A stretch of DNA of 64,000 bases, from contig OX597814.1 in assembly GCA_951406725.2 (NCBI GenBank), forward strand, positions 89,094,001 to 89,158,000, given 5' to 3'. Under the pieces are notes generated by a model. It did no database searches. It was not told where the DNA came from and saw only the letters and a list, made by a program, of their open reading frames with translations. Both the position numbers and the translations under genes were made by a program. Shown here piece by piece: positions 26,101-39,476 of the stretch (positions are counted from its first letter, which is position 1; the number at the start of each line of letters is the position of its first letter). The stretch is from Octopus vulgaris (Eukaryota).

Positions 26101-29100
26101 AGCCATGCTAATCTTCTCTGCATCGTTCCAATTTTAGAATATGTACTGCCATAGCTAGTACAGTTGCAATATAATATAAATAAAATAAATGTATACCAAT
26201 AGTTGTATTTTTTTTAAATCATACAAATTATTTATAATGTAAACTTTGATGCATAATTAATCCCCATAATATTTCCAAGATCATTTTTATTTTTCAGCTT
26301 TGGACATATCATCAAAAGTGAGCTATGAATCAAATAATTTTACAGCCTTCCTTACTTTGATTCAAAAACGTGCCAGTCACTACCGACGCAACTGGAAGAT
26401 GGCTATCTCTGTGATTTTGCTTCCTTGTATTTTCTTTGCAATGGCTGTTGGCTTTTCCAAAATAGCACCTAAAAATGATTACAAACGTCTCCGTCTTTCC
26501 CCTGCATTATACGGACCAAACTCTTACATGTTTTACAAGTAAGTAACTTTGGAACATTAAAATGTTATTCTTACAATCTTAATATTTTTACTTTGTCTTA
26601 GGAGCTTCAATAATGAGGAACAAATAGATTGATATTCTTTGTCTCCGCAAAAAGAAGGATCAGGGATAGTTTCTTCATCTTTTTACTTGTTTCCGTCATT
26701 GAACTCCAGCTATGCTGGGACACCACCTTGAAGGGTTTTAGCTGAACAAATCGATTCCAGTACTTATGGGGGGGTTTTTTTGGGGGGGGGGTTAGTCAGA
26801 GGTTAACTCTGGTACTTATTCTAACAATATCTTTTGCTGAGTCGTTAAGTTCTGGGGATGTAAACAAACCAGCACTAGTTATCAAGCAGAGGTGAGGTAC
26901 AAACACAACTTCCACACATGTATTCACACACTCACACACTCAAACACACACACATGACAGGCTTCCTCGCAGTTTCCATCAACTGAATTCAGTCACAAGG
27001 CATTGGTTAGCCTGAAGCTATAGTAGAAGACACTTGCCAAAGGTGCTGCATAGTGGAATTGAACTGAAAATCATGTGGATGCAAAACAAAGTGCTTAACC
27101 AGACAGCCATGCCAGTGGCAACTTTTTTTTATTGTATTAAATATGATTTGTCTAATATCTATATTTTCAGAGATAAAGTGGGTGATTTGTATGGAAAAGA
27201 TTTACTAAAATGGATCAGTCATTCACCTGGTGTTGGTACAACATGTATGTCAGACACTGCTTCAAATCTTGAGTATGTATTTTACTAAAATTTAATATAT
27301 TTCAGTATTCAAAGTTAGCTGCAGCTGCTATTTGTGAAATGATATTAACTCTAAAACTTAACAATTACTACAGTCAGTTATTATTACATTTTAAAGATAT
27401 CCTTTTAAAATATCATTCATATGTTCAACAATATTAATTTTATCAATTACTATAGTCACTATTGTTACATTTTAAACATACCCTTTAAAAAATAGCCTTC
27501 ATATGTTCTTATTCTTTATAATAAATTTAATATCATTTCTGAAACATATTTCAGAGAGCCATTTGAATGTAAACCAGCAGAGACAGTTTTCAAAAGACCC
27601 AAATATCAGAAAGACCTAATGAACAAAACTGAAAAATGTGAATGTGAAAATTTCCGGTTCAAATGTTCTAAGTATGCTTCTGGTATCCCACCAACTCAAC
27701 TACAACTAAACTCAACAGATTTCCTGCAAAACCTGAACTCAAAGTCAATGCCAGTCTCAGAGTACCTATTAGAAAGCTACATGAATTTCCGCAAGAAAAG
27801 GTATAAATAACTAGATTCTCTTTCTCATTAAGGTGGAAATTTGTTCTTCCATTTCAATAATTTTCCACAGATATTCCACCAGAAAAATTACTCTTAAACT
27901 TGTTTGCATCATCATCGTCATCATCATCATCCTCGTCGCTGTCATCGTCGTCATCATCATCGTTGTCATCAACTGCAATAGCAGTAGTATAACAGTCATC
28001 ATAACTGCCATCACCATCATTATGACAACTAACAGAACCATCATAAGTTCAAGCAATTTCATGATGGAAGAGCCATTCCACTGTGGAATGGTGTCAGTGA
28101 CCAGGTCACAGCTGTGCAACAAAAATGTTGACACCTCGTGAAATAAATTTAAATTAATTTAACAGATCTGCATATGTTATTCAATGGTTAGAATTACTCC
28201 AACAGTGTAACTGCTTCACCTTCAACAGTCTCAAATAAAGTCACTTGCAAAACAAGTGCAAATGGGCCATTCTTGCATGACATATGTGACAGTGAGTAAC
28301 ACAATCTGTGAAATATGTAAGCTGTAAATCTTGAACACTTACAAGAATTATATTGATTCCTATTTTAAAACTAAGTCTGACTACCCAGAAAAGTATTAAA
28401 AAATATTTATCTGGAATTTCTGTTTAGTGCCTTTTTAAGAGAATCCAAAAAGAGCAATGTATGTGGTGTTGCACAAAATAAATTTTTTTCTCCTTAAAAT
28501 ATTAACTTCTAATTCTTTTGAATTTCCCCAGACAGGCATAAGAAGCCCCACAATATTTATTTACATTGATTTTAAATTTCAAAAAAGCTGAGTTTGCTGA
28601 CTAACAATATTTGAGGCCTCAATGTTGATTTATATGAGTATGACATGCATGACAAAAATGGATGTAATATTTTCTCATCTTCTAAACAGTGTAGATCTGG
28701 TGGAAATTATCCCAATATTGATATCTGGCCAGTCAAAAAGGTATCATTTCAACATACCTTTACAATTATATAATTATTTTCCTGGGTATTCTAAAAGTGG
28801 TGGAAAACTTGTTTTGGTTTAACTTTGATGAGAAATGTACAACTCCAAACTTTGGTAATCTCTTTCTTTTATTTTTATAATAATTTTTATTGATAATGTC
28901 TATTTTGATAATTTGTTTATTGTTACAGGTATGGTGGATGGACTTATGAAAGAAATAGCAACAACAAAGATAAGAAACAGGTAACTGTGTGGTTCAACAA
29001 TAAAGGTCATCATTCAATGCCAGCTTTTCTTAATGGTTACTCTAATGCAATCCTGAGAACAGAAGTAGCAAGGAACAAGTTTGGGAACCCAGAAGAATAT

Positions 29101-29513
29101 GGTAAACAGGAACTTTCTTTTTACTCTGTTTATTTCTCTCTTGATTATGACAGCTGACGTTTGTTGCAATGTATTTACATACAACCTGACAATATATGAA
29201 GGAGAGCTTGATAGGAATGAATAAATATTGTTGCATGAGCCACTCTGAGCAAGTCCTTTGTCTTTCAGCCATGTACCATTTATTATAATAATAATCCTTT
29301 CTGCTGTAGTCAATTGCATTGGCCCCAGTGCATAACTGGTACTTATTTCATCGACCCCGAAAGGATGAAAAGCAAAGTTGACCTCAGCAGAATTTGAACT
29401 CTGAATGTAAGGATGGATGAAATGCTGCTTAGCATTTTGCCCAGAATGCTAACAATTCTGCCAGCTCACCATCTTTCTGGTAATGCTAATCATAATAATA
29501 ATAATAATAATAA

Positions 29514-29545
<32 letters not shown>

Positions 29546-29569
29546 AGAGGAAGAAGAAGAGGAAGAAGA

Positions 29570-29634
<65 letters not shown>

Positions 29635-32600
29635 AGAAAAAATATATGGAGAGAATGTATCAGAAAAATGTAGAGCCTGTGCAACTTGGATTGAAACAGT
29701 GGCGCACATTGTGAAAGAATGCCCCAAGCTGACACAGGAAGAATATAAGAAATATAGGTATGACCAGGTTGTAAAAGTTTTACACTGGAAACTGTGCTAG
29801 AAATGAGGATTTGAAGCTGGTAACACATGGTCAATCATCGAGTTGAAAGAGTACTAGAGTTGGAGAAATGTAAGATTTTGTGGGACTTTCCAATTCAAAC
29901 GGATAAGAAATTAGAAAACAATAGACCAGATATTACAGTCATAAATAAGGAGAAGCGAAGTTGCTTACTTATCAACCCATCATACCCATTTGATTCCAGG
30001 ATCATAGAGAAAGAGGAAAAACACAAATAAGTACAATCCCCTAAAGTTTGAAATAGGAAGAATTTGGAGCATGCAAACAGTAAAGGTCATGCCTATAATA
30101 ATTGGTGCTCTGGGAACAGTAAGCCTAGATATAGATAAATGGCTGAGGGAGATTGAAATAGAATGCCTGGTAGAGCCCCTACAGAAGTTTGTGTCTTAAC
30201 GACAGCAAGGATTATCAGGAGAGTTCTAAGCACTTGAAAGACTGCTGAAAACTTGTGGATACCTAAGGTTACAGGTAGTAACATGTTACCATCATAATCC
30301 CTACTAGGAATAAGACCAAACTTGAGACAAACCAAAATAATAATAATAATAATCTTTTCTACTAAAGGCACGAGGCCTGAATTGAGTGGGGGGAAGATGG
30401 GGATATGGGGCAAGTCAACTACATCGACTCCAGTGCATAACTAGTACTTATTTAATCGACCCAAAAAGGCTAATACTAATTATAATAATTGAATGATTTA
30501 AAACATTTAATTATTTTATTGAAAATCTACTTGTATAATCTATCCTCCAAGCAACATTATTCTCAGAATTTTCCCAGTTGTGCCAGCTCAGTCTGTTAAC
30601 TAGCCCTTTAATTATACTTTTATGGTTTTTAAATTGAGGAGGAAATAAAACTAAAACTACAGCAAACTAAGACATTTTAATGACAGAACAACACCATGTT
30701 TGAATATAAATTTGTCAGTTTTTGTTGTTTTTTTTTAAGTAGCTTGTATATTTTATGAGACTCATTCTAAAATCATTGTATTTCTATATCTCTAACAGGA
30801 ATTTCAGCTTTTAACAACCCAATCCAATTGTCAGTCAGTACTTTGAATGAGGAATCTATGTAAGTGAATGCTCTCTTTTTATTTAGAAAATAGTCTCTGA
30901 AATCTCTCAGATGTTCAGATATTGATAGAATATTGCATAAGTGTTATTACATTTGAAGCTGTGACTAAACTGTCTGTCCACCACTTTCTTGTAGGAACAA
31001 TAACAATTAAGTTATATATATAAAACTATATTCATTACTTGTAAATGAGTGATTTGGCAGTGTGTACTATGCTTTTGTTAAGTATTTTAAGTGCTTTGTA
31101 ATCACAAGCAGAGAAAGACATTCTTTCAGTCCTTCAACATTTCACCCAGCAGAACATGAAGGATGACCTGCTGACTGCATTTTCTTTTAGTTATTTTCCT
31201 CTAGGCTGCCTTGATGAAAGAGTTTATATCATGGCTGACTGATTTGCAATCAATAACTTTGACTGGTCAGCTTATTGCTGGTGTAATCATCTCTTTGATG
31301 AGTATTCCACAAGCCTCCAGTGATTAGCCTATTGCTGGTTTTGTTAATCTATTTGAGATGCCTACCTCTTCATCACAAATATCTTGACTGGAGATAAGAA
31401 CTCCTGACTTCAAAACTAGGTAGAAACATTTTTCATGTGATGTTTGCTAACTACTAGATTTTGCCCAAATTCAGTCTACTTATCAAATTTCTAATGAATG
31501 TCAAAATAAGATTTTTCTTTTACTTACAAATTTATTTCTGTTTACCTGTCACAAACCTCTCCTCAGACATTTTAATTAAATAAATTTAACAGTTGTACTC
31601 AAAATATTTTCTATGAAAGTTCTCTCAATATATTTTGTAATATTATGAAGCAAACATTTCAGATACTTTTCCGATGACTAACTCCACCTTTACATTTTAT
31701 TGGTTACTTACATAAATTTTACCCTTGAAGAGATACTGGCTCTACTTAACCATAGCAACAAGAACAACAGCAATAGAATTTCATTAAAATATTGATTCTT
31801 TTTTCTCTCGTAACAATCACAAATATCTTTGAAATTATTATGAAGAATATCAAATAATAAATTTCAATCACTTAAAATTATTCTTATGAATAATTTTATT
31901 ACTTTGGTGAATTCATATCAAGTAACAATCTTCTCTTTTGTATTTCAGTTTATTCCATGCATCTGAGACAGCCATCAGTTTGATTATCTTACTGGCAATT
32001 AGCTTTATCCCAGCAGCTTTCAGCATTTATTTGGTCAAAGAAAATATCAGTTCAGAGAAATACCTATTTATTATAAGTGGGGTGAAAACACCTATCTATT
32101 GGATGTCTGCATTCATCTGGGACTTAGTAAGTATTGCAAGTTGTTTATGCACATTCAGTCACAAAAATACTCATCATTATACATAAATGATTTTATGTAC
32201 ATATGTAAGTGTTTGTGTGTGCGCATGTGTGTGTGTGCATGTGCAGATGTATGTGCATGCATGCATTTTGTTAAACTTAACAACACTAAAAATATTTAAA
32301 TCTAATGTTTAATATTCATATTTAATAAAATATCAATTTTATTTTATTTAGATCGTGTACTGTCTTTCCTTGATAATAATTGTCATTATTCTGGCTATAT
32401 TCAAACTGGACAGTTTCTGGATACGAGACAATTTTTCTGCTACTATTCTTTTAATTTTCTTATTTGGGTGAGTAACCAAACTGGCAACTTTTTGCTGTTT
32501 ACACATTAATATATAAATATGAGGTTTGCATACATACATACCTCTACCCTTATCTCTAACCATCAGGTGCTCTCCCCTCACACTTTTATGACCTCCTTCC

Positions 32601-35600
32601 TCCCTCTTGATCCACTATTCCCACTGTCTCTTACCTTTTACTCATATACTCCCACCCATCCTTATATAAATGCAGAGTTGTCAGTTGTCATGTATCTTCT
32701 CTGTGACAAGACACCTCTGCTTGTCCCTGGTATAAAATCATCTTTCCACCTTCTTAAATACCCTCCCACCTCACTTAATCTCAAGGGCTTTTCCCTTTCC
32801 TCCTTGAATGAGAGTTCCAGCATTTTGAGAGGTATGGAACCACCTCCTAGCCACTGTTGTTCCCAGGTCTACTCTGGCGTGAAGTAGTAGCACTTTTTAG
32901 GATCCCAGCTATGGGTTAACTAACATGTTAACAATAGGAGTGAAGGATCCCTGGTTGTCATTAGAATTTCTTTCTAGGAGAAGGTAAATTGTATGTATGT
33001 ATGTAAGTACGTACGTCAGTAGGTATGTGTGTATGCATGTATGTTGTGACAGTGAGATATGGATATGATAAAAATATTATTTCCATGCATCATTCAGAAA
33101 CTAAATGCTAGTGTTGGTTATTATTTAATCTTGTATGAACATACTTATGATCAAAAGCATTCCAACAATGACCATCCCATCATTTTTGTAGTGGTGGATT
33201 AGAATACTGTGCACTTGCTGGCAGCAGTAGTTTGCAATTGTGATGATGGTTATGTCAGAGATTGTTACAGTAGTAAAATATCAACACTCCATTTTGCCCT
33301 TTTGTTGGAATACACTGATTTTGTTTCAACTGATTTTAAAAATAAAAAAGAATTTAGTGATTTAACTTTGTCGTTATTAAGCTGGGGTTTGGAACTTAAG
33401 TTAACATGGAATTTTCAATATCAATCACTTTAAAACAGGAAGATTGTATCATACAACCAGGGCCAGTTTTAGGCACATTGGTATCAAAAAGGTTGTTGTG
33501 TTTTGAGTTATTCCTACCTAAAATGTCAAAATCTGTTCAGTATTTTAATGCTAATTTTAATTTTTATTTCTTTACTTTTTTGCGTAGATGGGCTTCCATA
33601 CCACTTATGTACACGACAGTAAGCTTCTTCAAAGATCCCACTACATCTTATATGATTGTTTTCTGTTTTAATATATTTTCTGGATTGTGCACAAGTGTAT
33701 GTGTGTTCCTCTTAAGTCTATTCCAAGGCACACAGGTAAACAGAAAAACGTTATTTTTACATCTAACTAGAGTAGAAATTTTCATTAATTCTTTAAACGT
33801 TTAGCATTTAAACTGACCATAACTAGGTCGAATATTCTAATTGTTTTATGTTCAAACTGGCCATGCCTAGCTTCTCACACTTACTCTACAATGTCATTGT
33901 TAAAATAGTCATATCATCATAATTTTGAAGCTACAAGATAGTAGATGATTACTTCAAAATAATGTGAATAAATAAGCATTACATTTGACAGAGTAATCTG
34001 AATTCTAAAGGGCTAAAAAAATATTTTTATTTAATTTCAATTCTAGTATTGCGTCTTTAGATCTGGTACTTTTACAGCTGGATCATTTATTCATTGCCAA
34101 TATACAATGGAAGTGCAATCTCCTGTTAGATAATCATCTCTTAAACAGTATTTCAGTTAATGCAATTATCTTTGTTAATAATTATATTTGAATTTATCTG
34201 TATGTGTATTTATTTGCAACACTGCCTTTGCATGTCAACTATAATATTTTGTTTAGCCAGACCCAGCATTAGGCATGATCAACTCATGTTTTGAAACTGA
34301 TTTATTATAAAGAATGTGAAGGTGCATGGTTCAGTGGTTAGAGTATTGGGCTTACAGTCATGAGGTAGTGGATTCGATTCCTGGACCAGGCTGTGTGCTG
34401 TGTTCTTGAGAAAGGCACTTTATTTTATGTTGATCCAGTTCACTCAGCTGTAGAAATGAGTTATGACATCACCGGTGCCAAGCTGTATTGGCCTTTGCCT
34501 GTCCCTTAGATAACATCATTAGCATGGACAGGAGAAACTGGTATGTATGGGTGACTACTGGTCTTCTATAAACAACCTTGTCCAGACTTGTACCTCTGAT
34601 GGTAATTTTCTAGGTGCAATCCCATGATTATTATAAAGGGAGTCTTTTACTATAAAGAATACAAGTGTTTCTGACATCGTTTCAGGGAATTCTCTCTTGT
34701 GTTGCATGGTATTCATGACAGCCAAGAAGCTAAAAATGCATTCACTGTTCTGCAAAGAGAGGATGCCTTGATATGACTATTGGTAATTTTCAGCACCTAT
34801 TGCATAATGCAAGCATGATTTTCCATGGCAAATTAGCAGTGAATATGGCCTTTATACAGGTCAAATATGTCCAAAACATATTTGAAATTATCTAAATGTT
34901 TGCTTAAACATCTATGTTCTCATATAACTGTTATTTCTTTGTTTCTTATATTTTCCACTTAACCTCTGCTACTTGGGACAGGTATTTTTAGTACCTCTAA
35001 ATTTTGAATATAAGATGATAACTTACTCTTGTTTATGTTGAGGATTAACAATTTTTATCTCAGACTATTACTTCTTCATCTAGAAATTCATAAATCAGCT
35101 TTCCAGAATAGGAAAATTAAATTACCCTCAATAATATCGCTAGAGTTGGAATTCTTTAATACTTTTAAGGGGAAAATATTTAATAAAACTTCCACTTGAA
35201 TTGATTAAGGCCATAGCATATTTCAAGTTTCAGATTACAGCTGTTGCTTATATTTTTAAAAAAATTAACTCTGTTTTTTTTTGTCTTTCTTTTGTATTAT
35301 AGGCATTACAGAATGCTTACCAGATATGTAGATATGTATTCTTGATCTTCCCACAATTCTCTCTCAGTTATGGATTAGTTTCATTGGGAAACAACCAGCT
35401 TCAAACAAGTATTTTTGCTCACTTTGGAATGGATGTATATAAAAATCCATTTGAAATGCTGCATTGGCACATTATCTCGTTATTCATTTGTGGAATAGTC
35501 TTCTTCCTCATTACCTTATTCTTAGAAACCCGTAACTATTGTACACGAAGGTAAGAATCACTTGTATAAATTTGAATAATATATTCAACACAGAGTTTAT

Positions 35601-38600
35601 TTTTTTGTAGGTTTATATGTTGATTCAAAAACCAGTCCTGTTGTTTTCAATCAGAATCAATAACAACCAGAGTTTTATCAGATTGAGTAATGAAGTCAAC
35701 AAAAGTCTGGCCAATTATATAAACATACCCTGGATTTTCTAGAAATGATGTCCCCATAGATCTGTCCAACTAGATTTGTTCTGGATAGACCAGATTTAAG
35801 AGAGACCAGATTAAAAGAGGCAAACAGACAGGAATGAATAATAGATAGAGAGACAATTGACAGACAAGAGAGCACGGAATACAGTCATGTGTTATTCACT
35901 ATTGAGCCGATGTGCTAAATATTAAGTCTTTGTGTTAAGGAACCAAGGTGCTAGGTTCCTTAACACAACTTTACTGTTATAATGTGTGCTCTTCCTTGTT
36001 GTCATGTCTCATGAATGAACCTTTTTTGGACTGAATAGTGACTGGTGACGAGAAATGGGTTCTCTATAAAAATAACAAGCACCAAAGGCAGTGGGTAGGG
36101 AAAGGAGAAACACCGGGCTAAAGAAGGTCTTCACCCATGTAGGGTGTTGTTATCTGTTTGTGGGATATGAAACGTTTAGTCCACTTTGAACTTTTAATTC
36201 CAAACCAGGCAATAACATAGATCTACTGTAAGCAGTTTGAGCAGCATAAGTCAGCACTAGAAGGAAAACAACCTCCTCTGGTTTCAAGATGGAAAGTGTT
36301 CTTCCATCAGGATAATACTCAACCACTTACAATGAGGATGACATTCCAAAGACTGAAGCAGTTTTAAAGGAAAATGATGCTCCACCCATCATATTCACAG
36401 GACATTGCCCCATCAGATTATCAATTATTCCACAGTCTTCAAAATCATTTGGACGGAAAAAATATGAATTCTGCAGATGAGATCAGAACAGTACTGGAGG
36501 AGGATTTTTTGTCACAGACAAGTGAATTTTGGAAGAGGGGCCTTGCAAGTCTACCAGATAGATGGAAGAGCATTGTAGAAAATGAAGGAGAGTGTATATT
36601 TTAGATTAAAAAAGAACATTGTTTATCTTAATTTTGAAAAATGAAAGAAGTATAAAAAAAACCACATTGTTCATATATATAGTTATTTATTTATTTATTT
36701 ATTTATTCATTCATTTATTGGTGTCTATTCTTATTAACAGAGATAAAACTATACACTCAAGTATAATGAAGGAAGACGAAGATGTACAGCATGAAAGAAT
36801 GCGTGTTGAGAAAAATATTGAAAAGCAGGAAAATTCTATTTCTATCTTGAGACTTACAAAAGTGAGTATTGCATATTTGTTTCTTCAATTATGTTTTCTG
36901 CTATTGGTTCATGTCATCATCATCATCATCATCATCATCAACATCATTATCTTCGTTAGAAATCCGTTTTCCATGCTGATGGTTTGACTGGACCTAGTCT
37001 GCCAGGGAGGTATCCAAGCTCCATAGTCTATTTGGCATGGTTTTTAAGGCTGGATGCTCTTCCTAATACCAACCACTTTACAGAGTGTGATGAGTGCTTT
37101 TTCTACATGCTACTAGCATAACTGCACTTTACATGGTACCAGCATGAATATGAATGCATCTTACATGACACCAGCACGAGTGCATTTTATGTGGTACCAG
37201 CACAAATACATTTTACACATGGCACGTATTGCTTATAAATCTTCAGACATGTTATTCAAATACACGTCTTTTATTCAGTAGTCACATTTTATTTTATATA
37301 TTTTTTTTGTGTATGATTATAGCTACAAAACAAACAAATTAAGGCAGTGTGTTTATGATGACAGACTTCAAGTTCTACAAATGTGTGTGTGTGTGTGTGT
37401 GTAGGAAGGTGAACAGCCTTGTGGCTAGAGTGTCGCACTCATGATTGCATGATCATGGTTTCAATTCCCAGATTAGCTGTGCATTGCGTTCTTGAGCAAA
37501 ATACCTTATTTCACATTGTTCCAGTCCATTCAGCTGTAAATTGGTAACCCTGTAATGAATTGGCATTATGTTCAAAGTGAATGTTGGCCTACTCATAGGG
37601 GATGGTGGTGGCATCATTTGAATGCTACAAGTGAGGAAGTACAGTGTGGCCAATTGTATATAACAATATCTAATAATTTTCTGTTTTTTATCTTTCTAGA
37701 TGTATCGACAAGGTTTAGAAAGGATATTAGCAGTGAACCAGATTTCTCTTGGAATAAAGGAAGGAGAGGTATGATTGTTACCAAAAAGTTATACATAATA
37801 TCCAACAAATATTGGGGTTTTTTTTATTCAATCTTAGGCATTTAGCAAAAGTTTGACACTGAACCAACTACATCATGTTTTCTTGTTTGATAGCATTTGA
37901 ATGCATTCTATCAAAGAATGGTTTGGAAAAATCCTGATTATTAGTTTTTGTTTTTTGTTCAAAAGTATTAGATAGCTGGAGGTAATACATAAACAGTTTT
38001 ATTAATTATTGTGAGAAGAAGCTGTTTCAAGTTGTCCAAAACCAATTGATAGAAATAAACAAGCAGGGTTTAATGCTGATAGTATTTAGTTCAAAATTTT
38101 GATGGTCAGTGGCAGAGGAGAAAAATAAGATAAGGAAGGATTGCACACCATTTAGTTGCTAGAGATTTTATTTTCAGAATAGTCTGTAAGTCTATAAATG
38201 ATTAAGTATGTCTATGTGCATTCTCCTTAACTAAATATCAAACAATATGATTTATTTTTAAAGAGAGTATTTTTCCATGTCTCACCCACCAATTAAAAGT
38301 TTACTACATTAGAATATAAACTATCCAGTTTTGCTGCATTTGGTTTGGTACTTAACTGTTTTGAGTTCAGATCCCAAATAAAATGCACCTTGGATTTGCT
38401 GCCTTCTGTTCTTAACAAGGCAAATACCAGTAACATACTAACACCAAGTGAATGTTCCATATTCAGCATGAACAAAATATTTACTTGATGTCTAATATAA
38501 TAAAAAAGACAGTCAGAAATGTTACATGTTATGTGCCTTACAATATTTTGCTTCATGCCTTCTACAGAGAATTCAAATCTTGCCAGCATTGACAATCATG

Positions 38601-39434
38601 CTGAGGAAACTTCTATGCAGTTGCTTGATCTGCTAGAAATAGCAGACGAATCTCCCCACAGTGTCCAAAGCTCACTCTTTACTCATAGAATTAATGCACC
38701 TTACTTTCTAGCATACAAGTCAACATAGTACATAGCATAAACATGTCATGTCAACTTTCAAACGTTGTCACTATCTTTTCAATTCTACTGCATTTCACAT
38801 GGAATTTTTGGTCTGCTAAAGTAATCATAGTTTATAAATCAGTCCACCTTTCTTCGGTCTGTCCACCTTTCTTATATACCAGATGATATGGTAATCTTAG
38901 ACATACTATGTTGAAATAAAGTTAGAATGTATCTGAATGGAATGTCTTTGATCATAGGTGTGTTTAAAAACTGAAGTTCAGTCTAATCAACCATAATCTT
39001 CTCTAACAAAATTGCCTTTCTCTTTTGTCATAAAAAAAAACTAATATTCTTTTCTTGTACATTACTAAACAGTGTTTTGGACTGCTTGGAGTAAACGGAG
39101 CTGGAAAGACAACTACATTCAAAATACTGACAGGACAACTTTCAGCTTCATCTGGAGATGTTTTCATTAAAGATGAAAGGTTTGTACTTGTCAAATTTAT
39201 ACATTAGCTTGTCTACCTACTCACTGTATGCTTATGTTAACTAATAAAATTATGGACAGCAGAAGATTAATTCACAAAATGGCTGAGTTGTTTAGAGTTC
39301 AGGAAGTGAATCAGAGGAGATTATAGTATAAGGAAAACTGCTTTGTGAAGGTTCAAACTCTACCAATATCAACTTTTCCTTTCATCTCTTGCCTGCAAGT
39401 ATTTATTTGGACTCTTTGTCTTCTGTATTTTTGG

Positions 39435-39476
<42 letters not shown>

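Noticed and set aside
26054-26161. Functional U6 gene
   Set aside because: Altered ACAGAGA box and several substitutions, no evident promoter, fused to a SINE within a TSD.
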